DNA of 64,000 nucleotides. Origin: an uncultured Bacteroidota bacterium (lineage in GTDB: Bacteria; Bacteroidota; Ignavibacteria; Kryptoniales; JAKASW01). The stretch's first letter is position 1. Each line of letters starts with the position of its first letter. The notes beneath the pieces were generated by a model. It was not told the DNA's origin. It worked only from the letters and a program-made list of their open reading frames with translations, and did not search any database. The stretch is from the NCBI GenBank assembly GCA_963790995.1, contig CAWBQQ010000001.1, positions 1,617,552 to 1,681,551 of the forward strand, written 5' to 3'. Positions 60,946-64,000 of the stretch are shown piece after piece. Made by a program: the position numbers and the translations under genes.

Positions 60946-62922
60946 TTGAAATTTGCATTCTGTTCAACGAGAATTCTCCGAATGATCCCGTGGAATATCG
61001 CAGCTGGAACGATACTTTCAGTTTGCGTTACCATGGTGACTTTAAATCTGGAATCGGTCCATGCTCAGTCAACTTCGAATGACACGACTTCGGGGGAAGA
61101 TGAAATAATGAGAGAAAATGTCTTGGAATCGCTGATGAGTTACTCGGACGACGTTTCTGAAGTATTCACTAAAATCGATTTGAACGCTGCCTCTTCCGAG
61201 GAGCTGCTCACGATTCCCGGCATGAGTTCCCAATTTGCTTCTTCTATAATTGAGTATCGCGAAAAAGTAAAATCCATCCACAGTATGAATGAGCTTTCCA
61301 GCCTCGACGGTGCGACTCCAGAACTTCTATCCACGCTCAGCAACAGGGCACAGATTTCGCAGGAAAATAATCTCGCCGTAAGCGCTTCTTCTTACACGAG
61401 TTTTTCGCCCCAGAAAGTATCAATGTACCAGAGCGAGTACCATGATAACGGCATAAGAAATTTCCAAAAATTATGTGTCGATTACGGAAACGCCGAGTTA
61501 GATGCGGTCTCCGACAAGGACCCAGGAGAGAATAGCTATCTGGATTTCTATTCGCTTGCATTATCGGTAAAAGATATTTCGATATTCTCTGCCATAGATC
61601 TCGGGAATTACAGTTTAAGTCTCGGCAACGGGCTGCTCTTCTCTAATTCCAGCAACATATCAAAGTCTGCCGGCGCAGTTTCGCCTCTGTTCAGCAGGAA
61701 TGCTTACTCATTGAAACCGTATAAGTCGCTTTCTGAAAACGGGTTCCTGAGAGGCGCGGCATTCGCGATTCCATTTGGAAATTTTCAATTTACGGGATTC
61801 ACATCAAGCAAGAATTTGGCCGCGCATGAGAATTCATCCGGATTAGTAACTTCGATTGATTACTCCGGTTTGAATCTATCGACCTCCACAACGTCAAATC
61901 TAAGCGAGAAAATTGGCGGCGGAATTCTTCGATTTGATTCTCCCGATATCGACTGCGGAGCGTCGGCCGTTTATTTCTCCTATGGCTGCCCATTTACGGA
62001 CTATTATCTCGAGCAGAGGCTCGTGGAAGATGTTTTTCTAAGATCGCAATCCGATAGAGCAGTTTTCTCCGGTGAGCTTTTAGCCGATAAAGTTGTGTCG
62101 TATTCGGCCAATGCCGGCCTCAATTATGAGAAAACACAATTTGCCGTTGGCGTTCGCAATCTTCAATCGCGAATGACGCCGAATTACTCGGGCGCTCTTT
62201 CGGAAAGTTTTCCTCTTGAACCGGAGCAGGGAATCTATTTCGGTGCGACATTTCATCCGGAAGAAATAATGAAATTAGGATTTTACTACGACCGCTTCAC
62301 GATAATGTCGACATCGGGTGCCCCGGACCGGAATGGCGAAGAAATCTTTGCAGACTCTAATCTCGATCTTAATCGCGAAAGAATTTTTGACGGCACGGCA
62401 ACCGTGATTTACTTTCGCTACAGGTACAAAACCAAGGAAGATTTCTACATTCCGGAATCGGAATTTCCAGCAGCGCAATCGACGCTTGCGGGATCCAGGC
62501 AAAATTTCAGGATCGATCTGAGACATAATTTCTCGTCAACGTTTTCGATTCGCACGAGATTCGAGAAAAACTTTCTCTCTTCGGGCGAAACCGGCGAGCT
62601 GTTTTTGTTCGACGCCGCATCCACGCTCAAAACCCTTTCCGTCAACACGCGAATTTGCTTTTATAACACGGACTCGTACAACTCCGCGTTTTACGAAGTC
62701 GAAGAAGACCTTCCCGGAATCGGGCAGTATTCGCTGTTGTATGGTGATGGTGCGCGTCTCGCCGTCCTGACCAATCTGAAGATCACGCGATCATTTTCCG
62801 CAGGCGTGAAAGTGTCGAGAGACATTTATGATCGCACGAAGGAGGTGACCGTCGGCTCCGATTCTCAGCTGCTTCCCGGGACAACTTATGTGAGCATGGA
62901 AATAAGCTGGAAGTTTGAGTAA
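60946..62922 (+). CDS. ComEA-like helix-hairpin-helix domain fused to a large beta-rich (putative barrel) domain
   Basis: 658 aa. The start is TTG at 60946 or ATG at 60982. Signal-like N-terminus. HhH region: IDLNAASSEELLTIPGMSSQFASSIIEYRE...LSSLDGATPELLSTL. About 500 aa of beta-rich sequence follow, with no family I recognise. Confidence 0.6.
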   Translation: MKFAFCSTRILRMIPWNIAAGTILSVCVTMVTLNLESVHAQSTSNDTTSGEDEIMRENVLESLMSYSDDVSEVFTKIDLNAASSEELLTIPGMSSQFASSIIEYREKVKSIHSMNELSSLDGATPELLSTLSNRAQISQENNLAVSASSYTSFSPQKVSMYQSEYHDNGIRNFQKLCVDYGNAELDAVSDKDPGENSYLDFYSLALSVKDISIFSAIDLGNYSLSLGNGLLFSNSSNISKSAGAVSPLFSRNAYSLKPYKSLSENGFLRGAAFAIPFGNFQFTGFTSSKNLAAHENSSGLVTSIDYSGLNLSTSTTSNLSEKIGGGILRFDSPDIDCGASAVYFSYGCPFTDYYLEQRLVEDVFLRSQSDRAVFSGELLADKVVSYSANAGLNYEKTQFAVGVRNLQSRMTPNYSGALSESFPLEPEQGIYFGATFHPEEIMKLGFYYDRFTIMSTSGAPDRNGEEIFADSNLDLNRERIFDGTATVIYFRYRYKTKEDFYIPESEFPAAQSTLAGSRQNFRIDLRHNFSSTFSIRTRFEKNFLSSGETGELFLFDAASTLKTLSVNTRICFYNTDSYNSAFYEVEEDLPGIGQYSLLYGDGARLAVLTNLKITRSFSAGVKVSRDIYDRTKEVTVGSDSQLLPGTTYVSMEISWKFE

Positions 62923-62930
62923 GATTAGAA

Positions 62931-63548
62931 ATGAAACACGAACACACAGTTATAGTTTTCGATTTAGGCAACGTGCTGTTGTCTTTCGATTACCGGATAA
63001 TAATTGAGAAGCTGGAAAAAGTCGAAGCAAACCTGGGAAAAACGTTTGCCGCATTCTATAAGGCTAATTATGAAATTCACAGGAAATTCGAGCGTGGCGA
63101 ATACTCAAGCGATGAATTCACACAGATCTTGTTGAATGTGCTCGGGCACAAAGTCGGCGAGGAAAAATTTTACGAGATTTATTCGAAAATATTTTCTGTG
63201 AACGAAGAACTTGTCGCCGTCCTGCCGGCATTGAAACGAAAATACAAACTGGTACTCATGTCGAACACCAACGCCATTCACCAGAAGTACGGTTGGGGAG
63301 GTTATAAGTTTCTTAAGAGCTTCGACAGGCTAATTTTGTCGCACGAAGTTGGAGCTGTGAAACCTGAGAAGAAAATTTATAAAGCCGTGGAAGCGTTTAC
63401 CGGAAAGCCTGCCCGGGAACATTTCTATGTCGATGATATTGCAGAATATATTTCTGCGGCGAGAAAGTTAGGGTGGGACGCGGTACAGTTTGTCGGGAAT
63501 GAAAAACTGTTTGAGGAATTCAAGAGACTCGAAATCAGCTACGACTAA
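62931..63548 (+). CDS. HAD-superfamily hydrolase (subfamily IA)
   Basis: 205 aa with VIVFDLGNVL (DxG variant of motif I), LMSNTN and YVDDI motifs. Confidence 0.75.
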   Translation: MKHEHTVIVFDLGNVLLSFDYRIIIEKLEKVEANLGKTFAAFYKANYEIHRKFERGEYSSDEFTQILLNVLGHKVGEEKFYEIYSKIFSVNEELVAVLPALKRKYKLVLMSNTNAIHQKYGWGGYKFLKSFDRLILSHEVGAVKPEKKIYKAVEAFTGKPAREHFYVDDIAEYISAARKLGWDAVQFVGNEKLFEEFKRLEISYD

Positions 63549-63574
63549 CAAGCCTCACCGAGTCATTATCTTAA

Positions 63575-64000
63575 TTATTTTCTTAACATCTCATTGAATC
63601 TTTTCCAGTCGAAATTCCAGGGATCGGTTTTCCTTCCCGGAGAGATGTCGCTGTGTCCGAGGACGTACTTGATCGGAAATTTGCTCTTGAGACATTTGAC
63701 GAGATTCGCCAGCGAATTGTACTGAGCTTCTGTAGGAGAATCCTCCATGGTATTGATAATTTCTATTCCAATCGATACGGCGTTGACATCCGTTTTCCCG
63801 TCGGGCAGCCGGCTTTTGCCGGCGTGATAAGCGATGTCTTTATCCGCAACTAATCTGTAAATTGTACCGACGCGAGTGATAATGTAATGGGGTGACACTC
63901 CGATGTTTCTGTACTCCTGCAAAATTGCGTCGATGCTGAACGAGTCAGCACTCAACGCGTTGTACGAAGAATGAATAATTATCGCCTCTATATTGCGGCG
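63575..64000 (-). CDS. N-acetylmuramoyl-L-alanine amidase (Amidase_2/AmpD-like), 5' end off-window
   Basis: ORF 63575..63955. The frame stays open to 64000 (RRNIEAIIIHSSYNALSADSF...). Motifs include HYIITRVGTIYRLV, AYHAG and GIEIIN. Confidence 0.8.
   Translation of the reverse strand, partial: RRNIEAIIIHSSYNALSADSFSIDAILQEYRNIGVSPHYIITRVGTIYRLVADKDIAYHAGKSRLPDGKTDVNAVSIGIEIINTMEDSPTEAQYNSLANLVKCLKSKFPIKYVLGHSDISPGRKTDPWNFDWKRFNEMLRK

Overview
This is a 64-kb chromosomal segment from a Gram-negative bacterium with a type IX secretion system (T9SS). Two large proteins end in the same NYPNPFNP(S/T)TTI...GVYFYR C-terminal sorting domain. Shine-Dalgarno RBSs and sigma70-like -35/-10 boxes are visible. 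I infer an FCB-group, Ignavibacteria-like lineage, but that is inference only. Layout: (1) 1-13.4 kb is a xylan/xylose block: GH116-like hydrolase, GH3, PfkB kinase, a GH10 xylanase without a signal peptide, xylA, xylB and a secreted GH3 with a PA14 insert. (2) 13.4-17.3 kb is a compositionally mosaic oxidoreductase island (AKR, Zn-ADH, AKR, cupin). It ends in a truncated AraC-type remnant and carries two related CACAGAG/CTCCGTG hairpin elements. (3) 17.3-18.2 kb is a 0.9-kb gene-poor stretch. (4) 18.2-21.5 kb is one very large YVTN beta-propeller repeat T9SS cargo gene, split by a 1-nt frame break. (5) 21.8-36.1 kb is a minus-strand sugar catabolism run: gnd, exuT-like MFS, uxaC (two frame breaks), PP2C phosphatase, SDR, araA, araD, araB, secreted mutarotase, a small membrane protein and an SSS symporter. 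(6) 36-48 kb holds an OMP, pruA, an Ada-like HTH-MGMT fusion, SemiSWEET, an ABC exporter pair, larE (frame break)-larB, rsfS and argS. (7) tRNA-Ala(CGC), SRP RNA and a 593-nt structured leader precede RNase G, followed by mgsA and a phosphofructokinase with PPi-type signature residues. (8) 52.7-54.9 kb encodes a nine-heme c-type cytochrome with a T9SS sorting domain. (9) 55-64 kb holds yraN, rnhB, NfeD-stomatin, a Trp/Thr-rich lipoprotein, DUF4835 (PorD-like), a PorQ/PorV-like barrel, an HhH + putative barrel protein, a HAD hydrolase and an amidase. I saw no rRNA, CRISPR array, transposase, integrase or phage genes. Four conserved genes are interrupted by five single-base frame breaks, all at 1-5 nt homopolymers. 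This looks more like assembly indel error than gene decay, but it cannot be settled from sequence alone.
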